Shown one piece after another: positions 55,596 to 64,000 of a stretch of 64,000 bases of DNA. This DNA is from Nitrospira sp. SB0662_bin_26. Lineage in GTDB: Bacteria; Nitrospirota; Nitrospiria; Nitrospirales; UBA8639. The stretch is taken from positions 3 to 64,002 of the forward strand of contig VXOF01000009.1 in NCBI GenBank assembly GCA_009840285.1. The letters run 5' to 3'. The position numbers and the translations under genes are program-made. The notes under the pieces are model-generated. The model saw nothing but the letters and a program-made list of their open reading frames with translations, did no database searches and was not told where the DNA came from. Positions within the stretch are counted from its first letter, which is position 1; the number at the start of each line of letters is the position of its first letter.

Positions 55596-56960
55596 CTATT
55601 GCAGCAGGCGTTGGATGTCGTTGAAAAACGCGAAAATCATAATCCCGAACAGCAGCACGATCCCGACCTGTTGAGTGAATTCGCGCTGCCGTTCAGCCAG
55701 CGGACGGCCCAGGATCGCTTCACAGGCGAAGAAGAACAGATGACCGCCGTCCAAAACCGGAATTGGCAACAAATTCAGAATGCCCAGGTTGATACTCAGG
55801 ATGGCCACGAAGAACATGATGTCGGCGAGGCCTCGTTCGGCCGCCGTGCCCGAGGCGCTGGCAATCATGATGGGCCCCCCGATGTTTTTCGAGGAGATTT
55901 CTCCGGTCAGCATTTTGTAGATGCCGACGACCGTGAGTTCTGACCATCCCCACGTGGCTTTCACGCCCTGGAACACGGCAGTGAGCGGTGAGGACGCGCG
56001 GATCACCGACCGCCCCGATCCCATAATGCCGATTTTTCCAATCGTGGTCGATATGCCCTGATCCTTGACCTCATGCGGTTCGGGAACGATCGTCAACGTG
56101 AGTACTGCGCCTTCACGTTCAACCTGCATGCTGAGGGAGTCATTGGGGTGCGCCTTGATGATGCGGGTCATCTGTGACCAGGTCTGAATCGGCTCGCCTT
56201 GAATCTTGAGGATGCGGTCCCCTTCCTCAAGCCCGGCTTGCGCGGCCGGCATATCCGGCATGACGGCCGTGACCACGGGAGCCGCCTCTTCGATGCCGAT
56301 GACGTACAGGGGGTGCTCGACGTCTTCGGGATCATAGAGTTCGGGCGTGACGACATAGGTTTTCAGGGTATCGCCCCGGCGCACTTCCACGGCTAGCGAG
56401 CGGCCGCCGCTCTCGGCCACCGTGGCATAGACTTCATTTTTCGTCGTGATCTCCCGTTCATCGATTCTCGTGACGCGGTCACCCACGTGAAGGCCGGCTT
56501 GGGCGGCCGGCGAGTCCGCCCTGATGGCGTCGATTGTGGGGGAGAGTTCGGCAAACGTCGGAATGGGCAGGGGAGCGCCCATGGCCAGCCAGGCTGAAAA
56601 GATCAGGTAACTCAGGAAAAAATTGAATCCCGGTCCGGCCGCCACGATGAGGGTCCTCTTCCAGAGGGGTTTGTGGGCAAACGATTGTTCCCGTTCTTCC
56701 GGCGGGACAATTTCCCCCATGTCTTCTCCGGACATTTTGACGTATCCGCCAAGGGGAATGGCCGAAATGAGATACTCCGTGTCTCCGATTTGACGACTCA
56801 GGAGTTTGGGCCCGAAGCCCAGGGAAAATTTCAAGACTTTGACTCCGGCCCACCGGGCTACGATGAAGTGTCCGAACTCGTGAAAGGTCACGAGGACACC
56901 CAGCACCACCAAAAACCACCAGATCTTTTGAACGATTACGTAGATGATATCGGGAGACAT
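55596..56960 (-). CDS. rseP: RIP site-2 metalloprotease RseP (M50, two PDZ domains)
   Basis: HEFGHFIVAR HExxH motif, PDZ repeats, and C-terminal NLLPIPVLDGGH. Confidence 0.9.
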   Translation of the reverse strand: MSPDIIYVIVQKIWWFLVVLGVLVTFHEFGHFIVARWAGVKVLKFSLGFGPKLLSRQIGDTEYLISAIPLGGYVKMSGEDMGEIVPPEEREQSFAHKPLWKRTLIVAAGPGFNFFLSYLIFSAWLAMGAPLPIPTFAELSPTIDAIRADSPAAQAGLHVGDRVTRIDEREITTKNEVYATVAESGGRSLAVEVRRGDTLKTYVVTPELYDPEDVEHPLYVIGIEEAAPVVTAVMPDMPAAQAGLEEGDRILKIQGEPIQTWSQMTRIIKAHPNDSLSMQVEREGAVLTLTIVPEPHEVKDQGISTTIGKIGIMGSGRSVIRASSPLTAVFQGVKATWGWSELTVVGIYKMLTGEISSKNIGGPIMIASASGTAAERGLADIMFFVAILSINLGILNLLPIPVLDGGHLFFFACEAILGRPLAERQREFTQQVGIVLLFGIMIFAFFNDIQRLLQ

Positions 56961-56990
56961 CAGGTCACTCGTAACTGGCGGGTTGTCACG

Positions 56991-58148
56991 TCAGGATCCA
57001 TTGCGGATGAACTCTGCGGCCTTGTCCCTGGCCCACCGGTCGGCCTCCAGAGCGTCCTCCAACGACGTGAGCGGTTGCACGTCGGCACATTGTACGGTTC
57101 GTTCGATCACGTTGGCAATGCTCCCGAAGGGGAGCCCATGATACAGAAATGCGTCCACCGCGGCTTCATTCGCGGCATTGAGAATCGCCGGGCAGGTTCC
57201 CCCGTGTTCCAACGCCTCATAGGCCAGCCGCAAACAGGGAAATCGCACGGGATCCGGTTCATAGAACGTCAACTTGCCGTATTTCCATAAATCCAACGCG
57301 GGCGGATCCAGGGGCACGCGTCGAGGGTAGTCCATCGCGTAACTGATCGGGGTTCGCATGTCGGGCAAGCCCAATTGCGCGATCACCGACCCATCGCGAT
57401 ATTCTACCAGAGAATGGATGATGCTTTCCCGGTGCACCACCACGTCCAGTTGAGCGGGAGGGCAATCGAACAGCCACCGGGCTTCGATGACTTCCAGCCC
57501 TTTATTCATCAGGGTCGCCGAATCCACGGTGATCTTCGCGCCCATGTCCCAATTCGGATGTTTGAGCGCCTGCTCCGGCGTGACGGTCTCCATGTATTCC
57601 TTGGTGCAGTCCCAAAACGGACCGCCGGAGGCCGTCAGGATGATGCGACGGACGTCCTCGCGTCGATGGCCGGCGAGTGATTGAAAGATCGCACTGTGTT
57701 CACTGTCCACGGGGAACACGGGGACGCCTTGGCGGTGCGCCTCGGCCTGCATGAGTTGCCCGGCCATGACCATGGGTTCTTTGTTGGCCAGGGCTACCCG
57801 GCGCCCCGCTTGAATTGCGGCCATGGTCGGGACCAGGCCGGCTCCGCCCACGATGGCCGAGATGACGAGGTCACTCTCCGGCAGGGCCGCCACTTCCGTG
57901 ACGCCGCCGGGTCCGTCGAGGACCCGGATCGCGGGATCGTTCAGGCGGGCACGGAGTCGCTGGGCCGCGGCAGGGTCGGCCAAAGCGACGTATTTCGGAC
58001 GAAACGAACGGACCTGTTTTTCCAGTTTTTCATCGCTGTGCCGGGCTGCCAGTCCCAGGATCGAAAATTGATCGGGAAATTTGGCGACGATGTCGAGGGT
58101 ACTGTCGCCGATCGAGCCCGTTGAGCCGAGGAGAACGATTTGTTTCAT
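56991..58148 (-). CDS. dxr: 1-deoxy-D-xylulose-5-phosphate reductoisomerase
   Basis: LGSTGSIGDSTLDIV, LANKE, and DSEHSAIFQ. Confidence 0.93.
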   Translation of the reverse strand: MKQIVLLGSTGSIGDSTLDIVAKFPDQFSILGLAARHSDEKLEKQVRSFRPKYVALADPAAAQRLRARLNDPAIRVLDGPGGVTEVAALPESDLVISAIVGGAGLVPTMAAIQAGRRVALANKEPMVMAGQLMQAEAHRQGVPVFPVDSEHSAIFQSLAGHRREDVRRIILTASGGPFWDCTKEYMETVTPEQALKHPNWDMGAKITVDSATLMNKGLEVIEARWLFDCPPAQLDVVVHRESIIHSLVEYRDGSVIAQLGLPDMRTPISYAMDYPRRVPLDPPALDLWKYGKLTFYEPDPVRFPCLRLAYEALEHGGTCPAILNAANEAAVDAFLYHGLPFGSIANVIERTVQCADVQPLTSLEDALEADRWARDKAAEFIRNGS

Positions 58149-58157
58149 GGTCCGCTT

Positions 58158-58976
58158 TTAGTTGAGAAGAGCCTGGTGCACAAACGCCATATAATAATAG
58201 AAAACCGGCGCGTTGAGAAGCAGGCTGTCCACGCGGTCCAACATGCCTCCGTGCCCGGGGATCAAGGCCCCGGAATCCTTGACTCCGGCCTGTCGTTTCA
58301 GGGCCGATTCGGAAAGATCTCCCAGTAAACCCAGTACAGTAAACAGTATGCCCAGGATCAGGCAGTCGACCGGTGTGACACCGGGGAGAAACCAGAGATG
58401 GCCGAGCCAGGCTATGAGCGGGGCCACGACCAGGCCTCCGAGAACTCCCTCGACGGTCTTATTCGGGCTGAGCCTCGGCGCCAGAGGCCGTGCCCCCCAG
58501 GTCTTGCCGACATAGTATGCGGCAGCATCGCTTGTCCACGTCACCAACAGCACGAACAACACCAGCAGGCCCCCGTCCTGTTGATTTCTCAGCAGGAGAA
58601 AATGTCCGAGGGTATACCCGATATACAATATACCGAATAGAAGAATGAACATGGAGAGATGCCGGGGTCCCGGAGGGGCGAAGCCGACCTGGTAGCAGAG
58701 GAGACCCAGGAGAGTTATCGCCAGGACCAGAGAAAAATCGATCACCGCCGGCCACTGCATGGCGATCAAGAGAAGTCCTGTGCCCGTGAAGCCGACGAGC
58801 GCATGTGAAGGCATGTGGCTCTTCTCAATGAAGAGCGCCAGGAATTCCCATTGGGCCAGTAGGACGGCGGCCATGACGAGAAGGAAGAAGGCTGCCGGCG
58901 GAAGATGCCGGGTGAACACGTACAGAAGCGGGAGCAGAACTAAAGCGGAATAGACGCGCTTGGGGTCAAACCTCAA
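58158..58976 (-). CDS. cdsA: Phosphatidate cytidylyltransferase
   Basis: C-terminal SALKRQAGVKDSGALIPGHGGMLDRVDS signature. The TTG start (LRFDPKRVYSALVLLPLL) was chosen downstream of the uppS stop. Confidence 0.85.
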   Translation of the reverse strand: MRFDPKRVYSALVLLPLLYVFTRHLPPAAFFLLVMAAVLLAQWEFLALFIEKSHMPSHALVGFTGTGLLLIAMQWPAVIDFSLVLAITLLGLLCYQVGFAPPGPRHLSMFILLFGILYIGYTLGHFLLLRNQQDGGLLVLFVLLVTWTSDAAAYYVGKTWGARPLAPRLSPNKTVEGVLGGLVVAPLIAWLGHLWFLPGVTPVDCLILGILFTVLGLLGDLSESALKRQAGVKDSGALIPGHGGMLDRVDSLLLNAPVFYYYMAFVHQALLN

Positions 58977-59047
58977 CGTGGACGAGCGGGCTACGAGGGG
59001 ATCCGGATGTGGGCTCCTGGAGGTGGGGTCAACCACATTATTCGTGC

Positions 59048-59842
59048 TCACAGCCTGTTTTGAGGAGAGACGGCATGCGGAAGACGACCGAAACGACGAT
59101 CCCGTTTCTGGTAATCGAGCAGCGCCAGCAACACGTCGCGTCGCCGGAAATCCGGCCACAGGGTCTTGGTGAAATAGAGTTCCGTGTACGCGATTTGCCA
59201 GAGCAGGAAATTGCTGATTCTCGCTTCCCCGCTCGTGCGGATCAGGAGGTCCGGGTCCGGAAGACCGGCAGTGGACAGGTACTGCTCGAATTGGACTTCA
59301 TGAACGTCCCCCGAAACTTTTCCGCATTGCACGTCTTCAATCAGGCGATTCGTGGCGTCGATAATCTCGGAGCGTCCGCCGTAACTCAGCGCGACCGCCA
59401 CGGTGTGGTCGGTGAAATGCCCGGTCTCCTGAGCCACGGCATGCACTAGGTCCTGCGTGGAAGCCGGAAGCTCATTCAGTAAGCCAATTGGGAAAAACCG
59501 GGACTTTCGTTCCTGGAACGTCTGCCGTTCCTGATGCAGAAATTCTTCGAGGAGCGTCATGAGTAAGTCGATCTCGGCCTGGGGGCGGTTCCAGTTTTCC
59601 TGCGAGAACGCATAGACCGTGACGATGGGAATCCCCAGCAGGTAAAAGGCATTGAGGACGTCGCGGACGGCCACCAACCCTTCCCGGTGTCCGGCAATGC
59701 GGGGCAGGCCGCGCTGTGAAGCCCAGCGACCGTTCCCATCCATGATCACGGCCACGTGCCGGGGCAAGTTTTCCTGGTCGAGCTGGGTAAAGAGATCGTC
59801 TTCCGTGAGTTCCGCGAAGGAATGTGGCGAATGAAGAGGCAT
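59048..59842 (-). CDS. uppS: Isoprenyl transferase (undecaprenyl-diphosphate synthase)
   Basis: PRHVAVIMDGNGRWA, and ...RTSGEARISNFLLWQIAYTELYF. Confidence 0.9.
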   Translation of the reverse strand: MPLHSPHSFAELTEDDLFTQLDQENLPRHVAVIMDGNGRWASQRGLPRIAGHREGLVAVRDVLNAFYLLGIPIVTVYAFSQENWNRPQAEIDLLMTLLEEFLHQERQTFQERKSRFFPIGLLNELPASTQDLVHAVAQETGHFTDHTVAVALSYGGRSEIIDATNRLIEDVQCGKVSGDVHEVQFEQYLSTAGLPDPDLLIRTSGEARISNFLLWQIAYTELYFTKTLWPDFRRRDVLLALLDYQKRDRRFGRLPHAVSPQNRL

Positions 59843-60035
59843 CGGTATTGGTGTCAGAGTGGACCGCGAGACGAGGCACTGCACTCGAAAAACAGCTTAA
59901 AAACAGTCTAATCGTGATGCCCCGCCTTGTCAAACCAGTGACCAGCAAGTGCGTGCAGGTCGGCTTGGCGGAGCGTCATCCGACGGAAGAATGTCGGGTT
60001 ACGCCCTTCGGCTAACCCAACCTAGGAATGCTGTG

Positions 60036-60347
60036 GCCCGGCGCCTGCGGGCGTGGCTGCGCCCCGGTCCCGACACCTCTTTGGAGGCGAGGACTGTCTG
60101 AGCGAAGCGAGTTCCGCAGCCCAAGCAATCGGGACCGGGGCAAAGGCACCCTCCTGGGGCCACGCCCGGGCGCCAATGGTTTTGGGTCCTTTTGCCGTAA
60201 CAAAAGGACCTCGTCGTGCGGGGGCGAAACCCCGCAGGAAAAACAAAAAACCCTGGATCCCCGATCAAGTCGGGGATGACGGAAGGAGGGGTCGGATTAC
60301 GGTATACCTGTTCTGAGCGTAATCGAAGGGCTAATCCGACCTACGCT
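60036..60347 (+). repeat. Family B composite repeat, copy 4 (full Z+X+Y) followed by a REP-like hairpin
   Basis: Complete module order Z-X-Y, then GTCGGATTAc...TAATCCGACCTAC. Lies between uppS and tldD. Confidence 0.8.
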
Positions 60348-60388
60348 TTCTTGCGCCATTTTCCGCGACCGTGGTAAGTGTAAGGGCC

Positions 60389-61822
60389 ATGTCCCAGCCG
60401 GTGGTGAAACTCGAACAGTTTGCTCTTGAGGAACGTGAGGTCGAGCAGGCCTTGGCCCGGGCGCACGTTCGTGCCGTGGATTACGCGGACATTTATTTTG
60501 AATCGACGATTTCCGAATCCGTGTCTATGGAGGAAGGTATCGTCAAGCGGGCCGTCAAGAGCATTGCTCAGGGTGCCGGGGTCCGGGCCACGTCCGGGGG
60601 AAAAACCGGGTTTGCCTATTCCGACGAATTGTCCAAACGGGACCTGGAAATCGCCGCGGATACCGCGCGGTATATCGCCGACTCGCCGCAAGGCGACGTT
60701 CCGGTCCCCGTCACGCATCGGCCCGCCGGGACGCACAATCTTTATCCGCTTGAACAACCCCTGACCGACGTCGCCACGCAGGAGCGCGTGGACTTGCTCA
60801 ACCTGATCGATCAGGAAGCGCGTCGCTATGACCCCCGGATCACGAAGGTGATGGCGTCCATCAATACCAATCATAAGGTCATGCTGGTGGCGACCACCGA
60901 CGGCTTGCGCGCCGGCGACGTGCAGCCGTTATCCCGGCTTCAGGTGACGTGTATTGCCGAAGAAGGGACCAATCGACAGGTCGGCACCTTCGGCGGCGGT
61001 GGCCGCGTGGCGTTTGCCTTTTACCATGAACAGGATCGAGCGCGGGCGTATGCACGGGAAGCCGCCAGGCAGGCTATCCTGAATCTCGATGCCGTGGACG
61101 CGCCCGCGGGCATTCTGCCCGTGGTCTTGGGGGGCGGCTGGCCCGGAATTCTCTTGCACGAGGCCGTTGGTCACGGCCTGGAGGCGGATTTCAATCGCAA
61201 GAAGACGTCGGCGTTCAGCAATTTGATCGGTCAGCGCGTGGCCTCCGACGTGTGCACGATCGTGGACGACGGCACGTTGCCCTTCAGGCGGGGATCGCTC
61301 AACATCGACGATGAAGGCACGCCCACGACCAGGACCGTCCTGATCGAAGACGGAATCCTGTGCGGATACATCGCGGACCGTCTGAACGCCAAGCTCATGG
61401 GCATTCCGCTTACCGGCAACGGCCGGCGCGAGGATTTCCGCAGTATCGTGTTGCCCCGGATGACGAATACCTTCATGTTGGCCGGTGCGTCCGAACCCGA
61501 GGATATTCTGCGCTCCGTCAAGAAAGGGCTGTATGCCGTGTCGTTCGGCGGTGGACAGGTGGATATTACGAACGGCAAGTTCGTGTTTTCGGCGAGCGAA
61601 GCCTATCTGATCGAGGATGGCAAAGTGACGAAGCCGGTCAAAGGGGCGACCCTCATCGGGAGCGGGCCCGACGTGCTCAAGCAGGTCTCCATGGTCGGCC
61701 ATGATTTGCAGTTGGATTCGGGTATCGGGACTTGCGGAAAAGAGGGCCAATCCGTGCCGGTCGGCGTGGGGTTGCCCACGATTCGAATCGACGAGATTAC
61801 GGTCGGAGGCACCGCCACGTAG
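60389..61822 (+). CDS. tldD: Metalloprotease TldD
   Basis: LLHEAVGHGLEADFN motif with PmbA_TldD architecture. The start taken is MSQPVV. Confidence 0.9.
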   Translation: MSQPVVKLEQFALEEREVEQALARAHVRAVDYADIYFESTISESVSMEEGIVKRAVKSIAQGAGVRATSGGKTGFAYSDELSKRDLEIAADTARYIADSPQGDVPVPVTHRPAGTHNLYPLEQPLTDVATQERVDLLNLIDQEARRYDPRITKVMASINTNHKVMLVATTDGLRAGDVQPLSRLQVTCIAEEGTNRQVGTFGGGGRVAFAFYHEQDRARAYAREAARQAILNLDAVDAPAGILPVVLGGGWPGILLHEAVGHGLEADFNRKKTSAFSNLIGQRVASDVCTIVDDGTLPFRRGSLNIDDEGTPTTRTVLIEDGILCGYIADRLNAKLMGIPLTGNGRREDFRSIVLPRMTNTFMLAGASEPEDILRSVKKGLYAVSFGGGQVDITNGKFVFSASEAYLIEDGKVTKPVKGATLIGSGPDVLKQVSMVGHDLQLDSGIGTCGKEGQSVPVGVGLPTIRIDEITVGGTAT

Positions 61823-61878
61823 GCTGTCACGCAACCATCTTCCACACGCGACCCCCCAGTCAATTCATTGTTCCCATC

Positions 61879-63237
61879 ATGCATGAATCACCGGAAGTCC
61901 TGAAGACCCTTGCCGCCGAGTTGATCGACCGGGTCAAAGCCCACGGCGCTACGGAAGCCGACGTCATGGTGGCGGAAGGGGATTCCGTGTCGGTTCAGGT
62001 CCGGTTGTCGGCTGTGGATTGTTTGAGCAAGGCGCGGGAGAAGACCTTGGGCATTCGAGCGTTTTTCGGGAAGCGGTCGGCCAGTACGTCCACGTCGGAT
62101 TTTTCCGAGACCTCGCTCAAGCAGTTGGTGGCCGATACCTGCGCCCTTGCCAAGGCCGTGGCCGAGGATGAGACCTCGGGACTGCCCGACCCAACGGCCT
62201 TGGCCGCGGACGTTCCGGATTTGGATTTGTATGATCCCACTGCCATGCCCGTGGATGAGGCCATTGACGTGGCGCAGCGCGCGGAACGGGCGGCCATGAA
62301 CGCTGATTCCCGCGTGACCAATTCGGAAGGGGCCGAGTGCGGTGCGGGCTATGGCGCGGTGGTATTGGCCAACACGCACGGGTTTCTGGGATATCACCGC
62401 AGTTCGCGGTTTTCCCTGTCCGTGGCCCCGGTCGCCGAAGGTTCCGATGACCAGGGCATGCAACGGGATTATTGGTATGCGGTTTCGCGAAAACGGCATG
62501 AACTGGAGGATCCGGAGTCGGTCGGCCGAATCGCGGCGGAGCGGACGCTGCGGCGTTTGGGGGCTCGAAAAGTCGGGACGCAACGGGTTCCCGTGGTTTT
62601 TGATCCGGAAACAGCGTGCAGTCTGTTGGGACACCTCTCGAGTGCAGTCTCCGGGTATTCCCTGTATAAAGGCGCTTCGTTTTTGCTGGGGCAATTGGGC
62701 AAGTCCATTGCCCCGCAACACGTCAACGTCGAGGACAACGGTCATCTGCCCGGCAAGCTCGGGTCCCGGCCCTTTGACGGGGAGGGGTTGCCTACCCGCA
62801 AGACGATGATCCTGGAACAAGGCGTGCTGTCCAACTATTTGTTGGATACGTATTCCGGGAGAAAGTTGGGGATGGCCTCCACCGGCAACGCGGCCAGAAG
62901 CATCGGCGACAATCCCACCGTGTCTCCGACGAATTTGTTTTTCCATCCCGGCGACGCCTCGCCCGAGGAGATCATTCGATCCGTCACCCAAGGGTTGTAC
63001 GTCACTGAGTTGATCGGGTTCGGCGTGAATATGGTGACGGGAGACTATTCCCGTGGGGCGTCGGGTTTTTGGATTGAAAACGGCGAATTGGCCTATCCGG
63101 TGGAGGAAGTGACGATCGCCGGCAATTTGAAACAGATGTTTCAGGATATCGAGTCGATCGGGAACGATCTGGTGTTTCGAGGGAAACTGGCGAGTCCCAC
63201 CATCCGCATCCGCGAGATGATGGTGGGCGGGCATTGA
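61879..63237 (+). CDS. pmbA: Metalloprotease PmbA (TldE)
   Basis: PmbA_TldD C-terminal pattern ...GDYSRGASGFWIENGELAYPVEEVTIAGNL. Pairs with tldD. Confidence 0.88.
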   Translation: MHESPEVLKTLAAELIDRVKAHGATEADVMVAEGDSVSVQVRLSAVDCLSKAREKTLGIRAFFGKRSASTSTSDFSETSLKQLVADTCALAKAVAEDETSGLPDPTALAADVPDLDLYDPTAMPVDEAIDVAQRAERAAMNADSRVTNSEGAECGAGYGAVVLANTHGFLGYHRSSRFSLSVAPVAEGSDDQGMQRDYWYAVSRKRHELEDPESVGRIAAERTLRRLGARKVGTQRVPVVFDPETACSLLGHLSSAVSGYSLYKGASFLLGQLGKSIAPQHVNVEDNGHLPGKLGSRPFDGEGLPTRKTMILEQGVLSNYLLDTYSGRKLGMASTGNAARSIGDNPTVSPTNLFFHPGDASPEEIIRSVTQGLYVTELIGFGVNMVTGDYSRGASGFWIENGELAYPVEEVTIAGNLKQMFQDIESIGNDLVFRGKLASPTIRIREMMVGGH

Positions 63238-63264
63238 ATGCGGGAGTAAGTCGAAGGAGTCGTT

Positions 63265-63765
63265 ATGCCACTTGACGTTGAAGATGGAGCAAGAGCCCTG
63301 CAGTTGGTCACCTCACGCTATGACCAACGGGAGTGGCGGAAAAAAATCGAAAAAATCCTGAGCCTCCCGCCCAGCGGGTTTGAAGATGCCGCGCAACGGA
63401 ATATCTTTATCTATTTCAAACATCAACTCCAAGCGTATAAATCCCGGCGTGCCGATCCGCCGTCCTGGATCGTCGGCGGGTACGCGACCAAGGAAGTGGT
63501 CGATCGCGCCCGGCATCGTCCCACGGACATCAATCCCGACATGACCGAAGCCGACGTGTCGTTCCTGGGAGTCGATCCCGGCGCGGACGTTGATGAAGTA
63601 TGGTGGGAAGATATGCTGGTGAAGTGGTTCGAAACGCCGGGAGAAGAATTCGAAGAGACAGACGAAGAATCTGACGCAGACTCCGAATCAGAATCCGACG
63701 AAAAATCCGAGACTGCGAGTGACGAGCAAGCCGAGGATTCGGAGAGCCCTCCCGGGTCGGATTAA
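63265..63765 (+). CDS. Hypothetical protein with a highly acidic Ser/Asp/Glu C-terminal tail
   Basis: Open frame 28 nt after pmbA. The tail is EEFEETDEESDADSESESDEKSETASDEQAEDSES. Confidence 0.45.
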   Translation: MPLDVEDGARALQLVTSRYDQREWRKKIEKILSLPPSGFEDAAQRNIFIYFKHQLQAYKSRRADPPSWIVGGYATKEVVDRARHRPTDINPDMTEADVSFLGVDPGADVDEVWWEDMLVKWFETPGEEFEETDEESDADSESESDEKSETASDEQAEDSESPPGSD

Positions 63766-63789
63766 CGCAACGTCATCCGACAAGCCGGG

Positions 63790-64000
63790 TTAAAACAAAT
63801 CCATTTGCTCGGGTTTGTCACTTGCCTGAGTCGCGGGTTCCCGTGGTGGAACCGCCATCTCATCCAAGAGCCGTTTCAATTTTTGGAAGTCTTCTTGAAG
63901 CAACGGTCGGAGACGGTCGTTGTGCAGGGCCGCGGCGGGATGGAACAGCGGAAACAACCGAAATTCCTTTAATTGAAACGGTTGTCCGTGGACCTTGGTG
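63790..64000 (-). CDS. Uracil-DNA glycosylase family 4 (C-terminal part; gene continues beyond the window)
   Basis: Hand translation gives ...TKVHGQPFQLKEFRLFPLFHPAAALHNDRLRPLLQEDFQKL..., which matches the UDG family 4 C-terminus (HPAAALR). Confidence 0.65.
   Translation of the reverse strand, partial: TKVHGQPFQLKEFRLFPLFHPAAALHNDRLRPLLQEDFQKLKRLLDEMAVPPREPATQASDKPEQMDLF

Overview
GC-rich bacterial chromosomal window. The taxon is only a guess, possibly a Nitrospira-like organism. All protein calls come from reading the ORF translations and recalling family motifs; no searches were run.

Layout:
- 1-5.4 kb: an odd, very GC-rich non-coding block, an OMP gene, and remnants of an integrative/mobilisable element (AlpA, replication-relaxation-like, ParA, a CdhB-like protein).
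- 5.4-22.9 kb: the striking part. It is almost entirely on the minus strand and reads like a giant zinc-limitation (Zur-regulon-type) island. It holds three intact COG0523 GTPases plus one decayed copy, and Cys-less ribosomal S14/S18 next to L28/L33. It also holds an Asp-rich (Zn-independent type) HemB, HisI, PyrC, a ZIP transporter, MoaB and an M23 peptidase. Two FmdB-like zinc-ribbon proteins have eroded Cys ligands. A translationally coupled core of uncharacterised genes sits here too (WD40, a His-rich 106-aa protein, a DUF3386-like protein). Embedded on the plus strand is a MerR-type sensor with a textbook MerR promoter, followed by a 51-aa, 17-Cys metallothionein-like ORF.
- 23-64 kb: mostly housekeeping. 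This includes SRP RNA-dnaX-ybaB-recR, prfC, an RND efflux operon, ychF, rpoD, floA, pncB, argJC, rpsI-rplM, proS, nhaA, rseP-dxr-cdsA-uppS and tldD-pmbA. It also carries MazEF and HigBA toxin-antitoxin pairs.

The housekeeping part is peppered with three interspersed repeat families: a 142-bp MITE, a roughly 300-bp multi-hairpin composite repeat, and REP-like GTAG hairpins. No zur gene, tRNA, rRNA or CRISPR array was seen.
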